A stretch of 64,000 bases of DNA from Verrucomicrobiia bacterium (GTDB lineage Bacteria > Verrucomicrobiota > Verrucomicrobiia > Palsa-1439), in the NCBI GenBank assembly GCA_041495285.1, contig JBGQCJ010000005.1:15374-79373 (forward strand), given 5' to 3'. The translations under genes were made by a program, and so were the position numbers. The first letter of the stretch is position 1, and each line of letters opens with the position of its first letter. The notes beneath the pieces were generated by a model that was not told the DNA's origin, did not search any database, and saw only the letters and a list, made by a program, of their open reading frames with translations. Shown in pieces: positions 19,195 to 29,055 of this stretch.

Positions 19195-20337
19195 TCACGC
19201 CTGATACCGCAGAAGCGCGCCCATCCGGCCCGCATCCCGCAACGACGTGCGGCCGCGCACGTGTTCGATTTGGCAGTTCTTGAGCAACGCCACCTCGATG
19301 GCTTCATCCACGATGTCGGGGCACGGCTCCATCGGCTTGCGGCATTGCGGGCAATCCTGCTCCACCAAACTGCTGAGGTGGCACGCGTAGCAGACGTAGC
19401 CGGGCATCTCGAAACCGTCTTCCACCAACAGCGTTTGCGCCTCGCCGCGGGCCAGCGCGTTCAACGTGGCGCTGACGCCGCTGACCGCCAAGTTGCCGGC
19501 TTCGGCCTTCTGCACCAATTCATTCGTCAGTCGTTGCTCGTGCTCCCACTCGACGCGCTCTTCAATTTCCACCGCGCAACTCAACACTTCCGGCACGGTG
19601 ATCTTGCCGGGCTCGGCGAAGAAATCCCCCACCCAGCGCTGACGCAGGTACGGATGGAGATGATGTTTGAATTCCCGCAACAGGTCGCGATGACCGCCGA
19701 GAATCAGCCAGTCGAACTTGTCCCGCTTGAACAATTCAAATGCAGCGTCGGCGAGGTGCTGCAGATGATGATGCACGGCCCGGTCGTGCCGTCGTTCGAT
19801 GCCGCGTTCTTCGCGGCCGCCGAAACCGGCTTCGCGTACGCGGCGCGGCACCTGATCGATCACCTCCGGACGTTCGATGATTTCGCCCATGTACACTTCG
19901 AAGATTTGCCCGCGTTCCCGGTCCACGATGACGGTGCCGTAGCGGTGGTACTCGGCCAGAATCGCCGCCAGCGGCCGGATGTACGCGTCATGGTCGGCAA
20001 TCAGAATGTTGCGCACCATGCGCGGCAGCCGGTAGGCCTGCCAAAACTCCCGGCCCGTGCACGAGAACAGCGCCACGCCTCGCGCCCGACCGGAAACGAT
20101 CTCTCGCATCACGTACTCCTCGATGTGCTCGAAGTCGCCGCGCAACGATTCGCGTTGGTCATGGCTGCCGGTCTTGCCGGCCAGTTCCTGGTGCGCGGAT
20201 TGCAACAGGTCTTTCACGCGAATCTTCAACATCTGCGGCGGCATCTTCGCGCGGTCCAGGTTCAGGTAGCAGCTCGTGATGAGGAAGTCGCCGTTGCGAA
20301 ACTCCAAGAGACAGTCAATCTGTGTGCGGGTGATCAT
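19195..20337 (-). CDS. eRF1/Pelota-like (bacterial aeRF1-family) protein with C-terminal zinc ribbon
   Basis: 380 aa, three-domain layout. C-terminus CYACH...CPQCRKPMEPCP is a zinc ribbon. No GGQ motif. The family assignment is pattern-based inference. Confidence 0.35.
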   Translation of the reverse strand: MITRTQIDCLLEFRNGDFLITSCYLNLDRAKMPPQMLKIRVKDLLQSAHQELAGKTGSHDQRESLRGDFEHIEEYVMREIVSGRARGVALFSCTGREFWQAYRLPRMVRNILIADHDAYIRPLAAILAEYHRYGTVIVDRERGQIFEVYMGEIIERPEVIDQVPRRVREAGFGGREERGIERRHDRAVHHHLQHLADAAFELFKRDKFDWLILGGHRDLLREFKHHLHPYLRQRWVGDFFAEPGKITVPEVLSCAVEIEERVEWEHEQRLTNELVQKAEAGNLAVSGVSATLNALARGEAQTLLVEDGFEMPGYVCYACHLSSLVEQDCPQCRKPMEPCPDIVDEAIEVALLKNCQIEHVRGRTSLRDAGRMGALLRYQA

Positions 20338-20585
20338 GGGAGAAACCTCCGGGAGAATAGTGTTTCGGGACGTGCCGGCTGCGCGCTCGGTTGGTTCTGC
20401 GTCTAGCGGCCGTTTTCATCATGGAAGAACGCGCTTGCGAAGCCTTGCTAAACTATGCCAAAAAGCTTCGGAAATTCCAAATTCTTTTTTACCGGAGCAG
20501 GTGCTTCCGTCCGGCGATTCGTTGAACACATCCGGCGGATTGCGTGTCGCAATCATTGGTAGCGAGTATGTTGAAAGGACAATGA

Positions 20586-22103
20586 GTGATGAATGCGAAG
20601 AAACTGCAGGCCATCGGCATCGTGCTAGGCGTGGCGTTGTTTGTGGCGACAGGATTGCTCATTCTGACCGGGACCGACCGCCCCCCGCCCGCGTCTGCGC
20701 CTTCACTCAGATCGGTTTCGACCGCCAGCACCGCCTCGTTGCGTCAGTTGAGCGACACGTTCGCCGAGGTGGCCGAGCACATCAAGCCCTGCGTCGTCAG
20801 CGTGCACTCCGAGAAAGTGACGAAGTTTCGGCAACCCGATTGGTCGTCCCCGTTCGGTGACGATTCTCCGTTCCGCTGGTTTTTTCAGGACCCGCGCAAC
20901 CCGCGCTCGCCGCAACCGCGCGAACGCCAGTTTCGCCAGCAGGGACTCGGCTCCGGCATCGTGATCGACAGAGACGGAGATATTTTGACCAACTATCACG
21001 TCGTGAAGGACGTGGACGAAATCAGCGTCACGCTGGCCGATAAACGCACCTTCAAAGCGGAAATCGTCGGCACCGATCCGAAGACCGATTTGGCGGTCAT
21101 TAAAATCAAAGACAAGGTGGCGCGTGACTTGCCGGCGGCTGAACTCGGCGATTCGGATTCGTTGCGCGTGGGCGATTGGGTGCTCGCCGTGGGTGCGCCG
21201 TTCGGCTACGAGCAGACGGTCACCGCCGGCATCGTCAGCGCCAAAGGCCGCACCAACGTCCTTGAGCCGGAGATGTACCAGGATTTCATCCAGACCGACG
21301 CCGCCATCAATCCCGGCAACTCCGGCGGCCCGCTCGTTGATTTGCACGGCAAGGTCATCGGCATCAATACCGCCATCGCCACCAGCGTTGGGCAGTACGC
21401 CGGCGTCGGGTTCGCCATTCCGATCAACATGGTGCGCGACATCATGCCGACACTCATCAAAGGTGGCAAAATCAGCCGCGGCATGTTGGGCGTGATCATC
21501 CAAGATATTGATGACGATCTCGCCAAACAGTTCAACCTGCCCAACTCGCAGGGCGTCCTCGTCGCGCAGGTCAACAAGGATTCCGCCGCTGAGAAAGCCG
21601 GCATCAAGGTCGGCGACGTGATTCTACGCTACAACGGCAAGAAGGCCGAGGGCGTCCGGCAACTGCGTAACATGGTGGCCGCCACCGCGCCCGGCGCGAA
21701 AGTGGAAATCGTCCTCCTGCGCAACGGCAAGGAGCGCACGGTCACAGCGCAAATCGGCGAATTGGCAACGGAGAAGGGCGAGGCCGGCACGGGCGAGGAA
21801 GGCGGAGAAAATGAGACGACGTCCGACTTCGGTTTGACCGTCGCGCCGCTCACGCCGGACAGCGCCAAGCAATACGGTTACGAAAAAGAGGAAGGCGTCC
21901 TCGTCACGGCGGTGGAGCAAGGCAGCCCGGCCGCCGACGCGGGTTTGCAGGTCGGCGATCTCATCACCGAAGTCGCCCGCCAGAAGGTTGCCGGCGTGGA
22001 TGAATACCGGGACGCACTCGCCAAAGCGAAGGGCAAAGATTCCGTGCTCATGCTCATCAAACACGAGGGCACCAGCCGCTTCGTCATCGTGAAACTCAAG
22101 TGA
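20586..22103 (+). CDS. HtrA/DegP-family periplasmic serine protease with two PDZ domains
   Basis: Signal anchor. Catalytic triad motifs GSGIVIDRDGDILTNYHVV, ...D..., GNSGGPLVDLHGKVIGINTAI. Two PDZ domains (GVLVAQV..., GVLVTAVEQGSPAADAGL). Confidence 0.9.
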   Translation: MMNAKKLQAIGIVLGVALFVATGLLILTGTDRPPPASAPSLRSVSTASTASLRQLSDTFAEVAEHIKPCVVSVHSEKVTKFRQPDWSSPFGDDSPFRWFFQDPRNPRSPQPRERQFRQQGLGSGIVIDRDGDILTNYHVVKDVDEISVTLADKRTFKAEIVGTDPKTDLAVIKIKDKVARDLPAAELGDSDSLRVGDWVLAVGAPFGYEQTVTAGIVSAKGRTNVLEPEMYQDFIQTDAAINPGNSGGPLVDLHGKVIGINTAIATSVGQYAGVGFAIPINMVRDIMPTLIKGGKISRGMLGVIIQDIDDDLAKQFNLPNSQGVLVAQVNKDSAAEKAGIKVGDVILRYNGKKAEGVRQLRNMVAATAPGAKVEIVLLRNGKERTVTAQIGELATEKGEAGTGEEGGENETTSDFGLTVAPLTPDSAKQYGYEKEEGVLVTAVEQGSPAADAGLQVGDLITEVARQKVAGVDEYRDALAKAKGKDSVLMLIKHEGTSRFVIVKLK

Positions 22104-22110
22104 ATGTTGT

Positions 22111-22132
22111 AGCGGCGGTCTATGACCGCCGT
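22111..22132 (+). terminator. Hairpin immediately after htrA stop (putative terminator)
   Basis: GCGGCGGTC-TAT-GACCGCCG is a 9-bp GC-rich stem starting 8 nt after the TGA. The following tract is A-rich rather than U-rich on this strand. Confidence 0.4.
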
Positions 22133-22148
22133 ATCAACGCAAATCCCA

Positions 22149-22169
22149 CTCGGCGCTCATAGAGCGCCG
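22149..22169 (-). terminator. Hairpin after waaA stop on the minus strand (putative terminator)
   Basis: On the minus strand: GCGGCGCTC-TAT-GAGCGCCG followed by AGTGGGATTT. Together with the 22111-22132 hairpin it forms a convergent terminator pair. Confidence 0.4.
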
Positions 22170-22175
22170 CTACAG

Positions 22176-23486
22176 TCATTTCAACTCCCGCGCAATCCGT
22201 TCCACGCTGCGCTCGGTGGCGCCGACGTTCCTCTCGATGACCCGGCGGGCCGCCGCGGCAATTTTCTCGCGGCGACCGGCGTCTTGCAGCAATTCCTGCA
22301 ACGCGCGGCGCAGTTCTTCGGCGTCCTGCACTTGCACGCAGGCGCCTTCCGCTACAAACTGTGCGGCGATCGCCTTGAAGTTCTGCATCTGCGGGCCGAA
22401 CACGACCGGATGACCGCTCACCGCGGCCTCGACGATGTTCTGTCCGCCCTGACCGACGAGGCTTTTGCCGACGAAGATCACGGTGGCGATCTTGTAGAGC
22501 CACTTGAGTTCGCCGGTCGTGTTGACCAGCAGACAATCGTACGGCCGGGCGGTGGAGAGAAGCTGCGAGTTGATGTCCGAGCGCAACACGAACTTGATCT
22601 GCTTGCGCTTGGCCAGCTCGACCACTTCGCGCGTGCGCTCGACGTGCCGGGGCGCAATTACGAGGAAGAGATGGGGAAACTTCCGGCGCAGTTCCTTGAA
22701 GATGTCGAACAGGATTTCCTCCTCGCCGGGATGGGTGCTGCCCGCCAACAAAATTGGTTGAGAAGGCGACACGCTGATCTGCTTGAGCAATTGCACCGGG
22801 TCAACCTTCTGCACGTCGGCATGCGGTAGCGACGCGTCGTACTTCATGTTGCCGGTCACCAGCACGCGCTCGGGCACGGCGCCCAACGCGACGAAATGTT
22901 CCGCGTCCTCCGGACTCTGCGCGCACACCAGCGCCAGTTGCCCGAACGCCCTCCGAAACAACCATCGCAGTCGGCGATACCATTTCGCTGACCGGGGCGA
23001 CATCCGGCCGTTCACCAGAAAGATCGGCACACCGCGCCGCGCACCGGCCCAGATGTGATTCGGCCAGAGTTCAGACTCCATCAATACGATGAAGTCCGGT
23101 TGCATCAAGTGATACGCCCGCCGCACGCACCACGGAAAATCCTGCGGGAAATACAGCAGATCCACATCCTGCGGCAACCGCTCGTAGGCCAGCGCGTAGC
23201 CGGTTGACGTCGTCGTCGTGAGAATGATCCGCAGCTTCGGGAACCGGTGCTGCAACGCGCTGATGAACGCCAACGCCACATTCACCTCGCCGACGCTCAC
23301 GGCCTGAATCCAACAACGTTGCTCAGTCTTCTCCGCGAGACTGGCGCGCGACTCAGCGGCGTAGAATCCAAATCGCTGGAGAAAGTTTTCCCGGTACTTC
23401 CCGCGCCGCCACATCTTGTAGAGGAACACCGGGATCAACAACACGAAGCCCAGCGAATAGACAATCGTGTACAAGAGCCGAATCAC
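22176..23486 (-). CDS. waaA: 3-deoxy-D-manno-octulosonic acid (Kdo) transferase
   Basis: N-terminal TM helix LLYTIVYSLGFVLLIPVFL. CWIQAVSVGEVNVALAFISAL and ESELWPN match KdtA/WaaA. Start approximate (GTG about 23486). The first ~80 aa of the 514-aa track ORF look non-coding. Confidence 0.8.
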   Translation of the reverse strand: MIRLLYTIVYSLGFVLLIPVFLYKMWRRGKYRENFLQRFGFYAAESRASLAEKTEQRCWIQAVSVGEVNVALAFISALQHRFPKLRIILTTTTSTGYALAYERLPQDVDLLYFPQDFPWCVRRAYHLMQPDFIVLMESELWPNHIWAGARRGVPIFLVNGRMSPRSAKWYRRLRWLFRRAFGQLALVCAQSPEDAEHFVALGAVPERVLVTGNMKYDASLPHADVQKVDPVQLLKQISVSPSQPILLAGSTHPGEEEILFDIFKELRRKFPHLFLVIAPRHVERTREVVELAKRKQIKFVLRSDINSQLLSTARPYDCLLVNTTGELKWLYKIATVIFVGKSLVGQGGQNIVEAAVSGHPVVFGPQMQNFKAIAAQFVAEGACVQVQDAEELRRALQELLQDAGRREKIAAAARRVIERNVGATERSVERIARELK

Positions 23487-23532
23487 GCCGCGACAATAGC
23501 GAAATCGTTTACCCGATGCGAAGCGTTTTTCA

Positions 23533-26500
23533 GTGCCAGTATCGCGTCTTACTGGCACACGACTTGCGCCTTCAAGCTCCCAAATGAACGATGAGCCGTC
23601 CTCCAACGAAGTTTGCCCTTCCAGCACTCGCTCCCGGACGCACACCCGCGCGTTTCGGGACCTGTTGGTTCTCCTGTTTGTCGCGGGAGTTGCACTCATT
23701 CTGACACTGAAGTTCAACATTGCCGAAGTGTTGCACGGTTGGACGCGTCAGCATGAGAACAACTTCCTGCAACCGGACGAAGTGATTGTCGTGCTCGCCA
23801 TCACCGCGTTCGCGTTCGCCATCTTCGCGTTGCGCCGGTGGAGAGAATTGAGGGTCGAGATGACCGAGCGCACCCACGCGGAAACAGCGTTGAAACGGCA
23901 GGAGCGCTATTCCCAGTCGTTGATCGAGAACACCTCCGACATCGTCTCCGTCATTAATGCCGAAGGCATCATCCGCTACGAAAACCCATCCATCGAGCGC
24001 ACGCTCGGATACAAACCCGATGAGTTGATTGGGAAGAACGCCTTTGATTTCGTCCACCCGGACGATGTCGCTGGCTTAAAGGCGCTCTTCGTCGCGGGCT
24101 TGAAGACGCCGGGACAAATCAGCACGGGACAATACCGGTTCCTGCACAAAGACGGTTCGTGGCGTGCTCTCGATGGCGTGGGGACGAACCTTCTTGATGT
24201 CGAAGGCGTCAACGGCGTGCTCATCACGTCCCGTGAAGTCACAGAACGCCGATTGATGGAGCAAATTTTGCGCGACAGCGAGCAGCGGCTCAAAGAAGCG
24301 CAGGCCGCAGCCAAAGTCGGCGATTGGGAATTCGACTTCGCGACCCAGCGCATAACGTGGTCAGACCAAATTTACGTGCTGTTCGAGCGCAACCCGGAGC
24401 TCGGTCCGCCAACCTATGAGGAACTCCTCGGCCATTTTCTCCCTGCGGATTCAGTGCGACTCCAGAAGCTCGTGCAGCACGCTATCCAAACAGGACATGA
24501 ATTCGAGACGGATCTGCGTCTGAAACTGCCAAGCGGCAAGGAACGCTACATGTTAAGCGTCGGTATCCCGGTCAAGGACAGCGACGGCAAGGTCACGAAG
24601 CTCCGCGGCATCGGCCAGGACATCACCGAACGCAAGCGGACCGAGACCGCGCTCGCCGAAAGCGAACGCAAATACCGGGTCTTGGTCGAGCAATCCGCCG
24701 ATGCGATCATCGCTTGCGACGACCACTGGAACATTCGCTTCGCCAATTCGGCAGCCTGCGACATGACCGGCTACGCGCCGGAAGAGTTCCAACAACTCAG
24801 CGTCCTGGACACGTATGCCCCGGAAGATCGCGTTGACGCAATCCGCCGCTGGCAGGCATTACACGTCGGCCAGACCGTGCGCTTCGAGCGCAACGTCCGC
24901 CAAAAAACCGGCTCCCACTTTCCCGCCGAAGTCATCCTCCGCCGGGTTGAGGAAGGCCGGTTTCAGGGAATCATCCGCGACATTACCGAACGCAAGCGGG
25001 CCGAGGAGAGCCTCCGATTACAGAGCACGGCCCTGGAAGCTGCCGCCAACGGTATTGTCATCACCGACCGCAACGGCACCATTCTCTGGGTTAATGCCGC
25101 ATTCACCACGCTTTCCGGCTACGCCGCCGAAGAGGTAATCGGCCAAAACCCGCGCATTCTGAAGTCCGGCCAGCACGACGCCGCGTTCTACCGCAAGATG
25201 CACGACACGATTCAGTCCGGCCAAGTCTGGCACGGCGAGATCGTCAACCGGCGCAAAGACGGCAGCCTTTACACCGAAGAAATGACCATCACGCCGGTTC
25301 GCGATGACAAAGGCGAAATCTCGCGCTTCGTCGCCATCAAGCAAGACGTCACAGAGCGCAAACACGCCGAGCAATCGCTGCGCGAACTCCAGCGCCAACA
25401 ACGCGCCCTCCTCGACAACATTCCGGACATCGTCTGTGTGAAGGACAAAGAAAGTCGTTATGTCGCAGTCAATGAGGCCCTAAGCAAAGCTTATGGACAC
25501 AAGCCGGAGGAGATCGTCGGCAAAAGCGATTTCGATATGGTGCCGCGTGAACTGGCCGAGCGGTACCGCGCTGACGACAAGCGCGTCATGGAATCACGCC
25601 AGCGCGAGCGTATCGAAGAACCATTCGAGGACGCGGCCGGCAGCCGCACGTGGATCGATACGATCAAAAGCCCGATCATCAACGATCGCGGCGAGGTCAT
25701 AGGCACCGCCGGCATCGCCCGCGACTTCACCGCGCGCAAGAATATGGAGGAAGCCCTGCGCGCCAGTGAAGAGCGATACCGCAGTTTGTTCGAAACGATG
25801 CGGGAAGGACTCGCCCTCTGCGAGATCATTTGTGACGACGCGGGCAAACCGTGCGATTTCCGGTATCTGGAGGTCAACGCCGCGTTTGAGGAGATCATTG
25901 GCATCAGGCGAAACGAGGCGATCAACAAGACGGCGCGCGAACTCTTCCCGCAGATTGAAGGCTACTGGATCGACATCTACGGCAAAGTAGCCCTCACCGG
26001 CGCACCCGCGCACTTCGAGAATTACCTGCAGGCCCTGAACAAACATTTCGCAGTAGCTGCGTTCAGCCCGAGGCCCGGGCAATTTGCCGCCATCTTCGTC
26101 GACATCACCGAGCGCAAACGCACGGACGAAACGCTGCGAGAAACCAATCGCCGGCTCGAAAACGCCCTCGCCGAGTTGAAGGCGGCCGAGCAACAAGTCA
26201 TCCAACAAGAACGTCTCCGCGCGCTCGGCACGATGGCCAGCGGCGTCGCCCACGACTTCAACAACGCTTTGGCCGCCATTCTCGGCTTCACCGAACTGTT
26301 GCTCCATAAGCCCGAAGTCCTCGACAACAAAGAGAAGGCGCGCCGCTACATCGAAATGATGAACGTCGCCGCGCAAGATGCCGGCAAGGTCGTGGATCGT
26401 CTCCGCGAATTCTACCGCCACCGTGACGAAGCCGAGGTCTTTGCGTCCGTGGACATTAACCGGCTTGTCAACGAAGCCGCTGCGCTCACACAGCCGAAGT

Positions 26501-27321
26501 GGAAGCCCGAAGCCGAAATCAAAGGCATCTCGATCAATGTCCGCACCGAGTTGCAGGGCGTTCCTCCAGTCGCCGGCAACGCCCAAGAGTTGCGCGAAGT
26601 GCTCACGAATCTCATTTTCAATGCCGTGGACGCCATGCCGCGCGGTGGCACGATCACCATTCGCACCCGGCGCGACGACGGCCACATCGTGCTGGAAATT
26701 GCCGACACCGGTACCGGCATGACCGAGGAAGTCCGCCGCCGCTGCCTCGAACCATTCTTCACCACCAAAGGCGAGCGCGGCACCGGCCTCGGCCTGTCCA
26801 TGGTCTACGGCATCCTGCAACGCCACGAGGGCACAATCGACATCCAAACCGAACTCGGCAAGGGCACGACGTTCATCATTCGCCTGCCGCATCACGAACC
26901 CAAGCCGCAAGCACAACAGCCCGACTGCAAGACGCAACCCGGTAATCCGGCGCTCTCGCTTCACGTTCTCATCGTGGACGACGAAGCCGTCGTGCGCAAG
27001 ATTGTTGGCGAATATCTCAAGATCGACGGTCATACCGTGGAAGCTGCCAACAGCGGTCGTGATGGACTGGAAAAATTCCGCCATGGCCAGTTCGATCTCG
27101 TTTTGGTGGATCGCGCCATGCCGGACATGAACGGCGATCAAGTGGCGGCCGCCATCAAGTCCGCCAACCCCACCGTCCCGGTCGTCATGCTCACCGGCTT
27201 CGGCACGATGATGGACGCCGCCGCCGAGAAGCCTGCCGGCGTCGATCTCATCGTGGGTAAACCCGTGACGATTGCCGGCCTGCGCACCGCCTTGTCCAAG
27301 GTCGTCGCTTCGGCAAACTGA
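23533..27321 (+). CDS. Multi-PAS hybrid sensor histidine kinase with C-terminal receiver domain
   Basis: N-terminal TM helices. At least 6 PAS/PAC-like segments, each followed by (D/N)ITERK. HisKA H-box LGTMASGVAHDFNNAL. HATPase_c N/G boxes (NLIFNAVDA, DTGTGM, GTGLGLS). Receiver VLIVDDEAVVRKI...LVLVDRAMPDMNG. True start may be MNDEPSS (about 23584). Confidence 0.85.
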   Translation: MPVSRLTGTRLAPSSSQMNDEPSSNEVCPSSTRSRTHTRAFRDLLVLLFVAGVALILTLKFNIAEVLHGWTRQHENNFLQPDEVIVVLAITAFAFAIFALRRWRELRVEMTERTHAETALKRQERYSQSLIENTSDIVSVINAEGIIRYENPSIERTLGYKPDELIGKNAFDFVHPDDVAGLKALFVAGLKTPGQISTGQYRFLHKDGSWRALDGVGTNLLDVEGVNGVLITSREVTERRLMEQILRDSEQRLKEAQAAAKVGDWEFDFATQRITWSDQIYVLFERNPELGPPTYEELLGHFLPADSVRLQKLVQHAIQTGHEFETDLRLKLPSGKERYMLSVGIPVKDSDGKVTKLRGIGQDITERKRTETALAESERKYRVLVEQSADAIIACDDHWNIRFANSAACDMTGYAPEEFQQLSVLDTYAPEDRVDAIRRWQALHVGQTVRFERNVRQKTGSHFPAEVILRRVEEGRFQGIIRDITERKRAEESLRLQSTALEAAANGIVITDRNGTILWVNAAFTTLSGYAAEEVIGQNPRILKSGQHDAAFYRKMHDTIQSGQVWHGEIVNRRKDGSLYTEEMTITPVRDDKGEISRFVAIKQDVTERKHAEQSLRELQRQQRALLDNIPDIVCVKDKESRYVAVNEALSKAYGHKPEEIVGKSDFDMVPRELAERYRADDKRVMESRQRERIEEPFEDAAGSRTWIDTIKSPIINDRGEVIGTAGIARDFTARKNMEEALRASEERYRSLFETMREGLALCEIICDDAGKPCDFRYLEVNAAFEEIIGIRRNEAINKTARELFPQIEGYWIDIYGKVALTGAPAHFENYLQALNKHFAVAAFSPRPGQFAAIFVDITERKRTDETLRETNRRLENALAELKAAEQQVIQQERLRALGTMASGVAHDFNNALAAILGFTELLLHKPEVLDNKEKARRYIEMMNVAAQDAGKVVDRLREFYRHRDEAEVFASVDINRLVNEAAALTQPKWKPEAEIKGISINVRTELQGVPPVAGNAQELREVLTNLIFNAVDAMPRGGTITIRTRRDDGHIVLEIADTGTGMTEEVRRRCLEPFFTTKGERGTGLGLSMVYGILQRHEGTIDIQTELGKGTTFIIRLPHHEPKPQAQQPDCKTQPGNPALSLHVLIVDDEAVVRKIVGEYLKIDGHTVEAANSGRDGLEKFRHGQFDLVLVDRAMPDMNGDQVAAAIKSANPTVPVVMLTGFGTMMDAAAEKPAGVDLIVGKPVTIAGLRTALSKVVASAN

Positions 27322-27374
27322 CCGGGTCGTTCGCGCCGCAAGACTCTTGATTTGGAGCCGGGCGGTGGCTTACC

Positions 27375-28901
27375 ATGACCGGGCCCATGAGAGCATCCCG
27401 TCTCCTCTTAATCGTAAGCGCTGTCCTCACGTTCGCACTCCCAGAAACACGGGCCGACTCCGGCATCGATCTCGCCCAAGTGCCGAAGTGGACGCAAGCG
27501 GACTTGGATTTCTTCCTGCACGGCTCGATGGGCACCGAGGTCGTACCCGAGCGCGTGCTGTGGGCGTTCATGGCGACGTACCCCGATCTGTTTCCGAAGA
27601 AGGATCTATCCAACTTCGGACTGCTCCCCGACGCAGCGACGGGATTGCCGGTCGGCGTCAGCCGCCGGGAAGTGCCGCACTTGGGTCGCATGCGTTCGAT
27701 CGGCATCAACTGCGCGTCCTGCCACATCGGTGAAATCAATCTGGGCGCCGGCACGAAGCCCGTGCGGGTTCTTGGCATGACCGCTCATTTTGATCCGGAG
27801 GCGTTCTTCGGAGCGGTCATCGTGGCGACGTTCCGCACGTCCGACCCGGCGAACATGAAACGCTACTTGGAGAAGTATCTCACAAAGGAATTGGACGGCC
27901 GGGACGAAGAGATCGCCGCAGCAATCGCGGCTGATCCGCTTGGCTCAAAGGACATCGCGCCGGGAGTACTCCATGAGATTTCGCCGGCAGATGTGGATGG
28001 CACGGCGGACATCGCATCGGTTGTTCGTTCGCAATTGAAGCTGTTCCACAACATGCGCGCCGCGTTGCACGTTCCCGATCAACCGCCGCCGGCATCGCCG
28101 CCGAACGGCCCGGGCCGCAACGATCCGTGGCGCATCCTTTCATATTCGTTGCTCGGCATCCAGACCAAGCCCGCCCAGATCAAGTTTGGCATCGTCTGGA
28201 ACGAAGACCAGCGAACGTGGGTTCATGTTGACGGCAACACGCGTTCGCCCATCATCCGCAACCTTGCCGCCTCACTCGGACTCGGCGCTCCGTTGATCGG
28301 CCATACCGGCGTCCTGGATTTCGCGGCCCTCGAACGTCATACCGCGCTCTCGGAAGTAATCCTTCCGCCGCGCTATCCATTGTCGATTGACCGCAAGAGC
28401 GCCGAGCGTGGCGCGAAGACTTACCGGGCAAACTGCGCCTCATGCCACGATGGTCCGGCAAGCGACAAGCGACTTCACGCCGTCACCGAAATCAAGACCG
28501 ACCCGAATCGCGCCGAGATTTTTGCCCCGGACATCGCGGAAGGATTCAACAAGTTCTTCGCCGAACTCCAAATCCCCGGTTACCATTCGCCTGAAAAACC
28601 AATTCGGAGCACGCAAAAGTATTGGGCGCCGAGTCTTGCCGGTGTTTGGGCGCGCTCGCCCTACCTGCACAACGGCACTGTCCGCACGATGACCGAACTA
28701 CTCACGCCGCCGGACGCCCGCGCCAAAAGTTTCCACCGCGGCTCGCACGTTTACGATCCGGCACAGATGGGCTACACCGACGAAGGCACCTACGTTCTCG
28801 ACACCACGATTCCGGGAAGTTCCAACTCCGGCCACACCTACGGCACCACTCTCTCTGACGCCGAGAAACGCGAACTGATCGAATACCTCAAGACACTCTA
28901 G
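27375..28901 (+). CDS. Secreted di-haem c-type cytochrome, cytochrome-c-peroxidase-like oxidoreductase
   Basis: Signal peptide. Two CxxCH haem-binding motifs, both as CASCH (INCASCHIGE, ANCASCHDGP). The CASCH form is typical of the di-haem CCP/MauG superfamily. The 508-aa length fits DUF1111-type di-haem oxidoreductases. Confidence 0.6.
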   Translation: MTGPMRASRLLLIVSAVLTFALPETRADSGIDLAQVPKWTQADLDFFLHGSMGTEVVPERVLWAFMATYPDLFPKKDLSNFGLLPDAATGLPVGVSRREVPHLGRMRSIGINCASCHIGEINLGAGTKPVRVLGMTAHFDPEAFFGAVIVATFRTSDPANMKRYLEKYLTKELDGRDEEIAAAIAADPLGSKDIAPGVLHEISPADVDGTADIASVVRSQLKLFHNMRAALHVPDQPPPASPPNGPGRNDPWRILSYSLLGIQTKPAQIKFGIVWNEDQRTWVHVDGNTRSPIIRNLAASLGLGAPLIGHTGVLDFAALERHTALSEVILPPRYPLSIDRKSAERGAKTYRANCASCHDGPASDKRLHAVTEIKTDPNRAEIFAPDIAEGFNKFFAELQIPGYHSPEKPIRSTQKYWAPSLAGVWARSPYLHNGTVRTMTELLTPPDARAKSFHRGSHVYDPAQMGYTDEGTYVLDTTIPGSSNSGHTYGTTLSDAEKRELIEYLKTL

Positions 28902-29055
28902 GCTCGGTAAGCTTTCGTCACAGCCATTTGTAGCAATAGCATCGTGATCAAACCAGAAAGCTTGATTAGACTCCTTGGCACCGGCTTCGACTGGCTCATA
29001 CCGCGCAGTGTAGGCAGCGCAAGATTCCTCGACAAGCTCGGAATGATAAACCAGC

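Noticed and set aside
19261-20406. 381-aa plus-strand ORF
   Set aside because: Antisense shadow of the eRF1-like gene, with low-complexity translation.
25594-27141. 515-aa minus-strand ORF
   Set aside because: Antisense shadow of the hybrid histidine kinase.
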